A stretch of DNA of 64,000 bases, taken from assembly GCF_006345805.1 (NCBI RefSeq), contig NC_043001.1:43152001-43216000 (forward strand), given 5' to 3'. Source of the DNA: Octopus sinensis. Its lineage: Eukaryota. The notes beneath the pieces were generated by a model. It did not search any database. It was not told where the DNA came from and saw only the letters and a list, made by a program, of their open reading frames with translations. Shown piece after piece: positions 50,320 through 63,488 of the stretch; the first letter of the stretch is position 1, and every line of letters begins with the position of its first letter. A program made the translations under genes and the position numbers.

Positions 50320-51407
50320 TTTACTTGTTTCAATCGTAATTCAATTTATAACATTCAAAACAATCCTGGATTTTGTTTTCATTAAGAATAACTCATACCT
50401 TCATTTTTTCCACTGTTTTTAAAATTAATTCGGGACATATTTAATATAAAATGTCATCTTAAAATCATTGCTTAACCATATAAACGTAATACGTTGCCAT
50501 ATTTCTGGATTGTGAATAAGTGAAACAGAAAAGAAGGAAAAAAAAAAAAAAAAACGAAACTAATACAAGTTTTCCTTCCTACTTCTAATGTGACCAACCA
50601 ATGAAGTTTTTTTCTAGTATGGGTGGGTTTCACAATTGCGGCAAAACGTCACCACGTATTATCTATTACGACAAAGGAAATCTGTTTCGGGGGGGAAAAG
50701 TTTTTTTCTCTGTGTTATTTGTAATTTTTGTTGTTACTTTTTACAGCAACGTAAATAGAACACAGTCGATGGAATATATTTTTATTCGTAAAAGTATATT
50801 TTATGAATTATATCAATGGAATTTTTTAATCAACTATACATTTCACAATTACGATCTAACGAAGATCTACTCGAAATAGAGACTAAACCTCCTTCAAGTC
50901 ATATCATACTGTCTTAAAAGAACCCAAACATACTGGATAATGTGGTCCTGGACATATATTATCTTAAAAAACGGAACACTGGATGGGCAGTACTTTGTAG
51001 TATTCTTGATTAATGCTGACCTGGGATTAAAGAATAACGTATCCATATTATCTAATTATAGCTAGTAATATAGTAACGCCATCAAATTATTCCAAGCCAC
51101 TAAATATTACGGTAAAAGAAAATAAACGTTTGTGAACATCATTAATATAATTCATTATTAAATATTTTTTATAATCTCTACGACATCCATGTTACATTCT
51201 TGGTGCAAGGGACGAAACTTCGTTGTGATCGGTGTAACTGGTAGTTATGTTAAGGACTGATCTGTGAAACATCATTTTTCTTTTTCCCACATATTAAATA
51301 CATACAAGTCGAAATTTGCATTACGATTAATGAATTATTTACAGCGTGGATTAAATTGTAATGCGTAAATTGTAAACGCTTATGACGCTTCGTTTCTAAG
51401 CTGTCAT

Positions 51408-52019
51408 GAAAGTGAAAGGTGTTTTCCGGTCGAAAAGTGAAAGTGTTTTCTTACAAAATGAAACTTTTCTACAAACTGAAATGGACAGTACTTCCAGCTA
51501 GACAATACAAGCATCTAGTACGATGTTCTCAATATTTGAATTAGATGCACCAAATATTTTGCTATTACATTCGTAATTAACGTGAAAAAATTATAGCTAT
51601 TAAGTGAATGATTAACAACAAATACATGAGACAAAATTACTTTTCTGCAAAATTATGGCTTTCTTGATCGCGTTCCCTTTGCCCTGTTTGTGATAAACAC
51701 ACGAAGCTCATTGAAATTTGTCATTGCGGACAAATTTCTTCCAAAGAATATACGAATATACGAGCGTATGAGAGAGGGAGCATGAATGTAATAGCATCTA
51801 AGTGCCAACTTAAGAAACTACTACTATCCACAGAGTATTTTATTCAAAATCTAGTTTAAACTCACGTTGAAATTGTATTTCAACAATTATTTGAAGACAT
51901 AAAATCCGTTTATCATTTGTGTTATAAAAAATTATAACTTTCATTTTTCACCCATGAAAAACTTGCACTTTTTGATTTGATTAACATCTGCTTCTGGCAA
52001 AGTATATACTTTCACTTTC
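51408..52019. promoter_or_regulatory. Cluster of three IRF-E/ISRE-like motifs
   Basis: GAAAGTGAAAGG (51408), GAAAAGTGAAAGT (51432), and ACTTTCACTTTC (52008; the same motif on the minus strand). Confidence 0.4.
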
Positions 52020-52594
52020 GTAACACCTTTGAATAAGTCGTAGATAATGCAACTCTTTGAAAACGGTTTGTAGTTAATGTTATAATTTTTCTAGTGAACA
52101 AATTAGAGTTCGAAACAACTTCGTGGAGATAAGACGAAAATAAGGAATGCAGACAATGGATACAGTGGCGAACAAACAAATGCGAAGTCTGCAGGTACTA
52201 TCTTGTCATCTGCGTTGCGGTATGTGACCTGGTTTCATAACTCTTCGGTGAAAATACGTACCTCATGGTCCCCACATCTGGCGCTCTCGGTAAGGTTATA
52301 GGATTGGTGATTAAAACGAACCAACGTTCGTCAGTTTCTGTTTCTTGTAGATTACACGCATACCGTTATAGATAAGTTCAAGAGTTTGGATAAGTTCTCT
52401 CCCGGACGAAGAGTTTTTTTGGGGTTTTTTTCGACAATGGAATTATTTTATTATATAATACATACGTATATGACACATACAAAACCACATTAACGTACAA
52501 ATCCAAAGCCCAAGAAAGCAATAACATGAGCGAAGAAAGATGAAAAAGAGGAAGAAAGAAATAAAAAGAAAAACATGAATTTAACATTAAGCGT

Positions 52595-54450
52595 CTCAGA
52601 ACCTACTGAAGCAAACCGACGCGCTCATGGCATTACCATGGGTGATGGCAAGGCTAAGACTTTAGAACAACCAAACACCCTCACAAGCATCTCCTGACAC
52701 CTCAGTAAGGCGAGCCACCAACAGTGACAAGAACTTTGCTGTCGGTGGCCCAGCCTCTCCAAACGTCCCAAACACTCTGGGCTGGAAGAAATGGTTCTCT
52801 GACAAGTCTTGATACTTAAGGATTTTGTTCTGTTCGGCTACAGAAGCAGTAATCCTCTCATTTACTGCAGCATCCAGGATGTGGGAGGAAGTAAAGGAGT
52901 CACAGACTGTGACATCCCAGATGAGGCACCTACTTCTTTACCCAGAGACAAAGAGCAAGACGTTCTGGTCTCTTGCTATCACTTCTGGATAATCCTGCTG
53001 GCTCCAGAACTGAAGAGATATCAACCCAAACCAGGGCCCACTTAATGATCAAGTTTAGCTTGGTGTGATGAGTGAAACAACCAACATTTAGGCAACAATA
53101 TAAACCATGAAGGTCTATGGAGTCAAGGAGCCTACCACAGAGACATCTCAGTCCCCCACAGACATCAGCTCTCACTTAGAGTGCAATGGAGATGCGGAGA
53201 TCATCAAGATTGAGTAGACCACCATTGTTGGCCACAGACAGCGACCTCTTCTCTCTAAAGCATACTCATAAACTTTTGCCTAGATTTTGGAGATGATAAA
53301 TGTTTTTATTTTTTTAATTGTTTAATCAACAGGAAAGGCAGAAATGTGATTGGGATGAATGGAATACTTTGATTGTAGGCCTATTCATTCAGAGCAGGCT
53401 TGTTGCTAAACAACAACTATGAACTAAATCCCTTTTTTATTGATCCACCAATGTTCAATAATTAATTGTCAATAGTTTTCTGCCCATATATTGACAAATA
53501 TAAATTTTATTAGTGGCAAAAAACTTATCATGTAAGAAACTTTTCACACATACTCAATGCACACTATTGTATATCTAAGTGATTCTCTCACATTGCTGGA
53601 AAGACTATCCTTCACTGAGTAGGTCTCATAAACTCAAACTATGTCAAATGTCTAAGTGCTGAAATAATTAAACTAATATTAGTCAGTAAGCTAAAAATAA
53701 CTTTTCCGCATTGGATAAGTTTTATTAATTGGATTGGATTGTTGGTGTTCACTACACTATCATTATCACTAGCAGTGGAAATTCCAGTTATATGATGAAA
53801 TTGTATATTTATCCTAAACATTTGATTCTTGAGATGTGAAAATCCACAAAGGCAGTATTGAAAAGGCAATCAATCAACCAATCTGCTCTTCTACTTTTGG
53901 TTAGCTCAGTGTGATGAGTGAAATGAACAGCATTTAGGTGGCAAGACAAACCGTGAAGGCCTGTGGAGTTGAGGGGCTTGCCATAGCGACATCTCAGTCC
54001 CCTACAGACGTCAACTCACACTCTGAGTGCAATGGGGTTGCGGGTCTCATCTACACTGAATAGGCTACCAATGTTAGTCACAGGCGGGGCATCAATCCAG
54101 TTCCCCAAGAATTTTGCACTTGAAGAAAGTAAGAGACGCCTTGAAAAGTGATCAGATTGATCAAAGAGAGAGTTGAAAGTGGCACCTGAGTGCAGATTGT
54201 CTCATGCTCTCTACTTCTGTCTATCCTCAGCTGTATCAAAAACTAACAAACCCAGCTCTCTCTACTGTAACAGTGCCTCATCCATCTCCTTGTGGGAACT
54301 AGTCCATATTGGAAGGGAGAGGAAGTTGCCTAACAAAGTGGAGCAAGCATGGATGGAGGAAAGAAAACAGGGAAGAGATAGAGACAAGCATTTACAAAAA
54401 CCTAGGCCCTCACACTGTTTGGGCAAAACAGCCTAATCACAGGTCTCTGG
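52595..54450 (-). mobile_element. Degenerate CRE-type non-LTR retrotransposon (C-terminal Zn finger + restriction-like endonuclease) with an internal partial duplication
   Basis: LPKQCEGLG; WIDAPPVTNIG..IALR; CGRLLDSIDLHGLYC..HTKLNLIIKWAL; LEPAGLSRSDSKRPE; CLIWDVTVCD..AEQNKILKY; LSLAITHGNA. 53040-53270 is homologous to 53890-54090. Confidence 0.8.
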
Positions 54451-55091
54451 AGAGAGACAAACATTGACCAAGCATTCTGAAGATTAGGTCATCAAAGCAT
54501 TGGAGAGACAAGAAGCTATAAGAGGGACTAACTCTGAGAAAATACAATAACTTAGGAAATGACAAGTAATTCCTAAGTATAAAAAAAAGGCTTGATGGGG
54601 CTCAGTTACCTCAAGGTTTTTTTAATAGTTGCTGAAGGTTAACCATCTTGGATTAAAAGATAGACTTGAAATCTTGGTCAGTAATTATGATAGTGGTGCC
54701 ATGTGTGGCATGCAGACCATCATATAACTTGTTTGTTTGACATGCGCATTACCAACCTGTGGAGGAGTGAAGAGGGATACCTGGAGTGAAAACAAGGGAA
54801 AGTGATATCACATCAAGAAGCAGGAATTCAAACAGATTCGGAGGTAGACAGACTTATGGAAAGAATTTTAGAGGGATGGTAGTTACTGGCCAGATACTGG
54901 GGTATTGTACACAAATAGTTACATCCAAGTTCTGCTGATCTTTGTGAAGTGAATCTGGATACTCTGTTCTGAATTTGTCTTGAGATAAGAATGTTTTTAT
55001 TTTTGCCATTCTTTCTACAAGCTATTTTGGTTCACTGTTTATCTGTCATGGAAATATATTTCCTTTTTCTCTCTTGCCACTGACACTCACA

Positions 55092-57800
55092 ATGGCTACA
55101 AGGATAAGGATTAGCAATGATGTTTTGAAGCCATTTTCTGGTGAAGGTGACGTGGTGGTCTGGATAAAAAATGTGAAGCTAGTGATGAAGTCGCGGGACA
55201 TTTAAGACATGGTTGATCTTATGTCACTTTACTTACAGGGAAGTGTGCTGAATCTGTTTCTAGAAATGGATGAATTAGGTCAGCTGAAAGGTGAGAAGAT
55301 CAAAGAGTGACTGAAGGATTCATATATGGAAGGAGCATTTAAACCCGAGTAAGCTTGAAAGAGTGAGATAGATGGGTATCCAAGTTGACAGCTACATGAG
55401 TGGGGTTTACCAGTGGAGTGATAGAGCAGATTGTGAAGCTGACTTTTGTGACTGGATTCCCTAATCACATCTCAGTGAGGTGGCAGCAGCTGCCAGATAT
55501 CTACACAATGTCAGTGGGCTAGTTAGTGGATAAGCTGTGAGTGTTAATGCAAAACAACACTCATGATTTTGCAGTGATGATGGCAGCAGGTGCTAGTAGG
55601 ATGAAGTAGCAGGTAGCTAATAGCAAAAGCAGGGGTATGGCAAGAGAGGCAAGATAGACATTTAAGGGACCATGGTCTAAGTGTTTGGGTCCACACATGA
55701 TCAGAGATTATATGAAACCAAAATCTAAAGTGGTGTGTTACTGATGTGCTATTGCAAACAGGGAAATGAAGAAAGAGGAACTACTGTACTGATTAGCATG
55801 CATCTACATTCATTGCTTGTAATATAGGTGTAGGTAGTAGTGAGGGAAGCATGAGTCCTTGTTAATACAGGTTGCACAACAACTCTAGTGACCATAAAAA
55901 TGGTTGAGAGCTGGAGAGGAAAAACTAGTATCAGTATGGTGGCTGGTAGGGAGGTTAGGTGCAGGCAGGGGCATCAGTGAAGTATAGTCAAAGGTACAAG
56001 GGATGTTGGTGAAGCTACAGGTCATTGTAGTCAGTACAGTAGTGGATGGTGTCAATGTGGTGGTGAGAATGGACATGATTGTCCAGTTGAGCTACATAAC
56101 AGTTGGCAAGACAGGAGTGGAATTTGGTGAGTGTAGAGCTGAGAAAGAAGGGTGTAGAAATGAGAGATTGTCTTCAGAGAGTGAATACTGTAGACAATAT
56201 CAATGATGAGAACTCTGGGCTGAGTTCGATGGCAAACAATGGACAGTAGAGTATTTTTGGAAAGAAGAATCCCACCACCACCAATTGAGAAACAGGGTCA
56301 GTTGCTATGAGCACACTCTGAAAGGAGTGTGCTCAAGAGAGAGGTGGACAAGAGGATAGAGGAGAGTATTTTGATTCCATGGAAAGAGGAAAGGATAAGT
56401 GATGTACTGCTAATGATGGCTGTAGTCCAGCTGACAAAGAACAAAGTGTTTGACTGGTGCAAGTCTTTCATGAGTTGAATGAGCTCATGTCCTGCCATAT
56501 GGATAGTGAAGCAGCAGATGTATGTGGGGAAACAGTGCAGGAGTGAGCAATTTGAGATAGTTGACTTCAAGTCAGCATATTTGCAGCTTCACGTGTCTGA
56601 GAAATTGTGGAGGCAGTAGCTAGTGAAGTACAAGGGTAAATGTACCGTCTGACTTGGCTGTGGTTCAGTTTAAGTTCAGCACCAAAAATCATGGTGAAGG
56701 TTCTCAAGGTGATATTGGGGAAGGAGGCCAAGGTAGAGCAGGCTACTAGTTCCTACCTACATTGATAAGATCCTGGTAGATGAGAGTGTGACAGTAGAAA
56801 AGGAAATTGTGGAAAAAAGGTTCAGGCTGACAGTGAAACTGCAAGAGACTATAGAAGGAGGCATGGTGCTGGGACTCAAGCTTGAAAGAGATAAAGCAGG
56901 CAGTCTTGTGTTTTGGAGAGGAAAGGAGATCCCAGACCTGCATGAGGATATGAATTGGTGAGAGCCATCCTCAATGTGTGGCAAGCTGGCGAGACACTAT
57001 CCTGTGCAGGATGGCTCTAAACAGCATGTAGCTACATCAAGAGGTGAGCTGAAGAAGTGAACTGGGGTGCTAAAGTGGGAGAGAAAACAGTTAGAATAAT
57101 GCAAGGCTGTCTTTGAGAGAGTGAGAGTGGAGAATCTAGTGAAGAGCAGTTCATATGTGCCTGAAACAAAGAAGGGGAACATAGTGTGACGCAAGTAGCA
57201 TAGCAATAAGAATCATTCTAGAAATGGAACGTGGTGAGGTGGGAGATGCAAAATGGCTCAGGAAGAAGATTGTAGCTGAAGTGGACACTGTTGAAAGGTG
57301 TGAACTTAGCATTGAGATGGGGACTACCTACTGTTGAGATTCAAACTGATTCAGCCATAGAACATGGGCAGGTGGCATCAGCGATTACCAATAAGAAGAG
57401 GATTCATACAAATGAGGCTGCAGAAATGATAATTAAGCATCGTCTGGTGGTCCTGAGAGAGTTAGCTGCTGAGTTTGGCCTGAAGCAGCAAGTAATTTTT
57501 GTACTTTCAGAAAAAAATAAGGCAGGTACCCTATCCATGGCAAAAAAGCATTAGTTGGAAGTGACAGAGGATTTACTAAATGGAGTAGCTGCAGCATGTT
57601 GGCTCAAGGTCCCAGAACTGAGGAGGCTGCACGTGCACCACATGGGAGTCAACAGGACTCTGTTTTTGGCCACGAAGATTGACTCTGATATCATCAGGGA
57701 GAGTGTTTGGAAGCTAGTTTGGAGTTGTGACAGGTGTCAGTCTGACCCCTCACTGAATGTGCATGAAACAGGAACAATTCAAGTGGAAATCTACCCAAGG
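55092..57800 (+). mobile_element. Degenerate Ty3/Gypsy-like LTR retrotransposon internal region (gag-pol), truncated
   Basis: gag KPFSGEGDVVVWIKNVKLV; RT IVDFKSAYLQLHV and S.YID; RNase H KGVNLALRWG..IQTDSA; integrase zinc finger HHMGVNRT..C..C. No LTRs recognised. Confidence 0.8.
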
Positions 57801-58581
57801 CTAACATGCAAAACTCATTTTTGATGTTTGATTAAATGTACATAGAAAATAGATTGAACTATAAACAGTACCAAATTATTTTTTAATATTCTGACTTTAT
57901 TTTCTTAATTTATGAATATTGTACAAATATTTAATGTTTGTTCATGCAAAACATGGAATTACTACACAGAATATGGGACTTGACTATACATTTTCATAGA
58001 ACTTTGAACTTTGAGCTCTTTTGTATTTTTCAGTGATGACCACATCATTCCCTCTTATTTTTTTCCTACTTCCTAAAATTGACATTTTTATAAAGTCACT
58101 CTTGTGAGAAAATGTGTATATTTACAAATATGTTCTTAGATGTTCAATGGAAAAAGAAAGAAAGGAGAAAGAAAATGCTTTGTAATAAAATTTTGCTGAA
58201 TTGACTACATTAAATTGACAAGAAACTCTCTCTCTCTGTCTATCTATCTATCTCTAGCCCTCTATCTATCTATCTCTCTATCTGGCTGTCTGTCTACCTA
58301 TCCTTTCCCCATCCTTTATTATTTTTTCGCCTCTTTCTTGATTGTCCTGAAACCTCTTTCTTTGTCTAATCCCCACTTTGCTTTTCTTTCTCGCTATACC
58401 CCTTTTTCAAAAGAAAAAGAAAACAATATTCTCCTCTTCTTAACAAAGCAAAACAGCCTCAGATTCATATAAATGAACAACAAAATGTTCTGTTTTTTAC
58501 CACTTTGATTTTAATTCTGTTGTGATGAGTCTGAAAAATGAATGAAAATGCTAATAAAGAATTATCCCAAATTCTGACTAC

Positions 58582-58642
<61 letters not shown>

Positions 58643-58654
58643 CATACATACATA

Positions 58655-61220
58655 CAGGCATACCTCACTCTATGTCATTAATTGGTTCCAGGAGACATGA
58701 CTTAAGTTGAAAAACGACTTAGGTTAAATTAACTTGTCTGTAGGCTAGGTTAGGCTTACTTTACTTGTCTCTAGGTTAAACCAGTAATAACCATTCCCAG
58801 TTCTGTACTTTATTTATGAATGCATTTTCAATAATACATGGTTAATAAAAACCTATTTTAAGCTTACAAACAAATAATTTTTACTTTTTAATACAATACA
58901 GTAAAAAAAAGGTAATCTAAATTTACAAATACAATTTGGCGGTATTTACCATACATCACGGACACTTTATATATGAAATGGGTTTTGCAATAAGACATGG
59001 TAAAATAATAAATTCAGTAATTATTATTATTTTGCAATAGTAAAAAAAACTAAGTTATTTTAAATTTATCAGTATGTGCATACAATTGGGTGGTTTACAT
59101 TGCAGATGTAGATGGCTGTGGATCATCAGCATCAACAGCTGATTTTGACTCTTGTTGTTTGATGCACTTAAAAAACTGTTTGAGAGTTCCTTGAACTGTC
59201 TTCTTCTTTACCTCAAGGATTACATTATAAGGAGCAAAAGCTATGTGACAAGCCTCCATAATCTTGGAAAAGCGTTGAGCAGTTGGATCCATATCCTCGA
59301 ACATGGGAAGACCTTTTTCCATATATGCAAATGCTTGCTGCATTTTCTGAATGGTAAAGTGACGTGGCTCAGGTTTGACTTCTTCTTCTTTATTTAGCTG
59401 CTCGTGAAGCTCTATCAAATACTTGTTCGTCAGAGGCTGCTTGTCTTTTTCACATAAATCTGTGAAATTCTCCTCCTCCAAATCAATTTCCAGTTCTTTG
59501 CTCGTAATCATCAACATTTTGTTGATTGTAACATTATCAAATCCCTTAAAATCATTCACAAATTGTGGGCATATCTTCTTCTATATACACCATTCATAGC
59601 CGTGCTCTGTACATCATTCCATGCCACTGCTATGTTCTGTACAGCCTTGTAGATATCATATCTCTTCCAAAAGTCACGAAGTATGATGGACTCATCAAGA
59701 TCAGTTGTAACTATTGCTTGCTGCAGTGTACATTTCATATAGTAATGCTTGAAGATAGCAATTATTCCCTGATTCATTGGCTGCAGAAGAGACATGGCGT
59801 TCAGGGGAGGTATACGACGGTAACGTTGGGGTCAAAATCTACAACGTTTTGCAGGTGGCCAGGAGCATTATCTAAGATAAGTAAAACCTTAAAAGAAATC
59901 CCCTTCTCCTTACAGTACTTCTTTGCTTCTAGGATAAAATGATTGAAGAGCCAATCTTCAAAAACAGTAACCCATGCTTTTGAATTAACCATCCATATTA
60001 CAGAGAGATACCTTGGGTATGCTCTTCAGGGCATGGAGGTTGTGTGCATGATATGCAAGCAATGGCTGTAAGTTAAAATCTCCTGCACAATTACCTCCCA
60101 ACATAATGGTCACATGTTCTTTTGGGACCTTGTAGCCTGGAATAGTTTTCGACTCCTTGGAAATGAATGAACAGTCTGGCAATTTTTTCCAATACAATCC
60201 AGTTTCATCTATGTAAAAAAATTGTTTGGGAAGAAACCTGTTTTCTTCGATAATTTTCTTTAATGCATTAGTAAATTCCACTGCTGCTTGTTCATCAGCT
60301 GATGCACTTTCACCTTGCTTCTTAATGGAGTGATAACTTCACTCCTTAAATCTCATGAACCATCCTTGACTTGCCTTGAACTCTACATCTTTCTCATCTG
60401 GATATTTTCTCTTCAGGTCCTCAAACAAAGACAATGCTTTTTCTTGAATGATTTCTTGACTAATAGTAGCACGCTGATGATTCAATCTAACAATCCAAAA
60501 AGAAAGAAGACTTTCCACTTCTTCAAAGATTTTGCCTCTTTTCTTATTGATGACAGTGTTCTTCATCCCCGGGGCTTCAGATTTTATATATGTTAAAATC
60601 ATGTCTTTATTATGTACAATCATCAATACAGTTATCGGACTCATCCCAAAAAATCTTGCAATTGCCACCACTTTTTCACCTTTTTCATGGCATTTTATCA
60701 CAGCCAGTTTATCTTTCAGTGTTATAGCATGATGCTTAGCACTTTCATTAAGAATTTTCTTATAAGCTAAGAGGGCAAAAAATAAAGTCACAAATGAATG
60801 AGAATGAGAAAGTAGCTGATAAACAAATCTGAATTCAAAACAATCGTGGGAATCATGAGTGACAATAATGCCTAATGGTAGATATTGGTGCTACAATGCA
60901 ATATGAGCTCCGAAAGACTGATAAATAAGACAACACAGCTGATTTCATGATTTTGTTTCCTAAGCTACACTACTTTATGGTGTGTGTGTTAACATTTACT
61001 GTACGTATTTTAATATGATTTTCATATGCCTTTATTCTTATTTATTGTACAGTAACATGATTTTATATGCTTTTAACGGTTTTCTAGTGATTTTACAATT
61101 CCAATATTTGTTGCAGTAAAGTCGAGTAAAATGACTTACCTTGATTTTTATTTTATCATTATTTTATAATTTTTGGAAACCAACGTATAATCGAGAATGA
61201 CTTAAGCCAAGGTATGCCTA
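58655..61220 (-). mobile_element. Full-length fossil Tigger/pogo transposon (~2.57 kb)
   Basis: TA-flanked ends CAGGCATACC / GGTATGCCTA; fragmented transposase with HTH-psq, CENP-B HTH (FKASQGWF), IDETGLYWK, LILDNAPGH, LQPMNQG; at least four frame breaks. Confidence 0.92.
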
Positions 61221-61705
61221 TATATATATATACACACACACACATTGTTTAATGTACACAGAATATAGTTATGAACAAAATTGGAACGAAATTGAAAAGT
61301 GGCAGCTACACAGAAAAGATCCTGAATTACTAACAGTTTTATACATGACGAAATCATCTAGGCAAGTTCTTACAGAATTAGGCCACAACGTTAATCTTAT
61401 CAATGGTATTGATTGCCTTCCATTTTGATCCATAGTTTAAACCTAACATACGTAGGTGGAAGCAGAATGTTATAGTTTTAACCTCATTGTTGAATTATTC
61501 ATTCGATGAAGGATAGGTTTGATCAAACTTCCTACATCTGAAGGTATGTCTCTGACTCAAATAGGTTACTGGGTACATTGCTCTCCAAATACCATTCCCT
61601 TTAATAATACATGTATAAACTATGCTTTCTAATATAACATCATCAAAATCTTTATTACGACTTCCTATAAGTATGTTTATTCCTATGATTTGTATCTGCC
61701 TTTTT

Positions 61706-62092
61706 GGCGGACGTAAAGAATGTGGACCGCACCTACTTTCGTTTTTGTTTTTTGTTTTTTTACAGAAACCCCCATTTTCGAGTAAGGAGATTCAGATTCT
61801 GCAAAAAAAAAAAAAGGAACGGTATTTTAATGGGGAAACTAAAATTTTAAAATACTTTATTTTAATTTTTTTTTTTTTTGTGCAGAATCAGAATCTCCGA
61901 ACTCGAAAATGGGGACTACTCTTTTACTTGTTTCAGTCATTTGACTGTGGCCATGCTCGAGCACCGCCTTTAGTCGAGCAAATCGACCCCGGGACTTATT
62001 CTTTGTAAGCCTAGTACTTATTCTATCGATAAGTTACGGGGATTCTGTAAAAAAAAAAAAAGTGGGTGTGGTCCACATTCTTTACTTCCGCC
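61706..62092. mobile_element. MITE with outer and inner inverted repeats, interrupted by a SINE A fragment (61916-62040, -)
   Basis: GGCGGACGTAAAGAATGTGGACC / GGTCCACATTCTTTACTTCCGCC; inner CCCCATTTTCGAGT..GATTCTGCA / TGCAGAATC..ACTCGAAAATGGGG. Confidence 0.75.
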
Positions 62093-62354
62093 TATTTAAC
62101 AGCTCAAAAATGTATAAAGGGCGTTCCTTCGCTACAAATCGACGAAACCAAAACAAACATTCGACTATTTCCGTGACAACTCGATAATTCACTTCGGATA
62201 TCTTCCTGACCTCCGTGACAGCTGCTAAAATAAGTGGACGAGAAGAGAGCCAATGATTGTGTGTGCGTGCGTGCGTGCTTGTTCTTGTCTCTGTGTGAGC
62301 ATTCTTGTTCTTGTCTGTGTGCACACACACACAGACAAGAACAAGCACGCACAA

Positions 62355-62710
62355 CAGCTTCCTTACCAACCACATGGTTCCGGATTCAGTCCCCCTACGT
62401 GGCACTTTGGGCAAGTGTCTTCTACTTCAGCCTCCGGCCGACCTAAGTCTTGTGAGTGGATTTGGTGGACGGAAACTGAAAGAAGCCCGTCGTATATATG
62501 TATATGTATGTATATATATATGTGTTTGTCCCCCAACATCGCTTGACAACCAATGCTGGTGTGTTTACGTCCCCGTACTAGCGGTTCGGCAAAAAAGATC
62601 GTTAGAATAAGTACTAGGCTTACAAAGAATAAGTCATGGTTCGATTTGCTCGACTAAAGGCGGTGCTCCAGCATGGTCGCAGTAAAATGACTGAAACAAG
62701 TAAAGAGTAT
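62355..62710 (+). mobile_element. SINE family A, near full length, CpG-rich (young)
   Basis: CCAACCACATGGTTCCGGATTCAGTCC...AAAGGCGGTGCTCCAGCATGG...GACTGAAACAAGTAAAGAG. Confidence 0.85.
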
Positions 62711-63414
62711 ATTAATACGTGTGCGCGCGCGCGCACACACACACACACATACATACATACACACGTGTACATGCACGCGCACACATACGTGTGTGATTGT
62801 GTGAAGACGTAAGCATGGCTGCGTAGTTAATAAATTCACTTCCCGGTTCAACTGTGACACCCTCATGCCCTCTATCATTGCCCCAAGCCAACCAAAGCTT
62901 TGTGAGTGAATTTTGTTAAAAGAAACTCAAAGAAGCCCCGTCGTATGTACGTGTTTGCGTGTGCATATACATACATATTCGCGCACGCAAACATGCACGT
63001 GTATGTGTGTATGTGGAAATTATCGAGTTTAAGCATGAAAATGCTTAGTGTGGTGGGGAATGTTAGTGTTGTATTGTTAAGGTTTAATCCAATACAAACC
63101 CTTTTCATTATAAAACGAAAATTCATCGCATTCAAAGCTGATTCTTTTTTAACGTCATACAAGTAACAAGTTTTTCTAGAAAGGAATGCAAACTAAGATT
63201 AAGTAAACTTTCCAATATTGTATAAATTGATTTTTAAAAATCTTCAGTAGAAACTAAAAGTGCTTTTTCTTAGATGAAAATAAGAATTGTGATATGCAAT
63301 AATTCCACGTAAATATTACTGAAATGAAAGTGTAACTCGCATGCTTCTATTTTTACATAATTGAATGCGCTGTAAGGTTAGAAAAATGAAACCATTTCAT
63401 TTTGCTTCTTTTTG

Positions 63415-63417
<3 letters not shown>

Positions 63418-63488
<71 letters not shown>
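63418..63488. repeat. (CT)n microsatellite
   Basis: Read directly from the sequence. Confidence 0.95.

Larger units (their letters stand above)
48450..52450. promoter_or_regulatory. CpG-enriched promoter / 5' region of the IkB-like gene
   Basis: CG dinucleotides are visibly more frequent than in the CpG-depleted flanks; the region spans exons 1-2 and ~2 kb upstream. Judged by eye, not computed. Confidence 0.5.

Noticed and set aside
52150-52300. Divergent + strand exon with donors CAG|GTACTA and TCG|GTAAGG
   Set aside because: There is only a short ORF and no downstream exon support; this cannot be distinguished from chance without transcripts.
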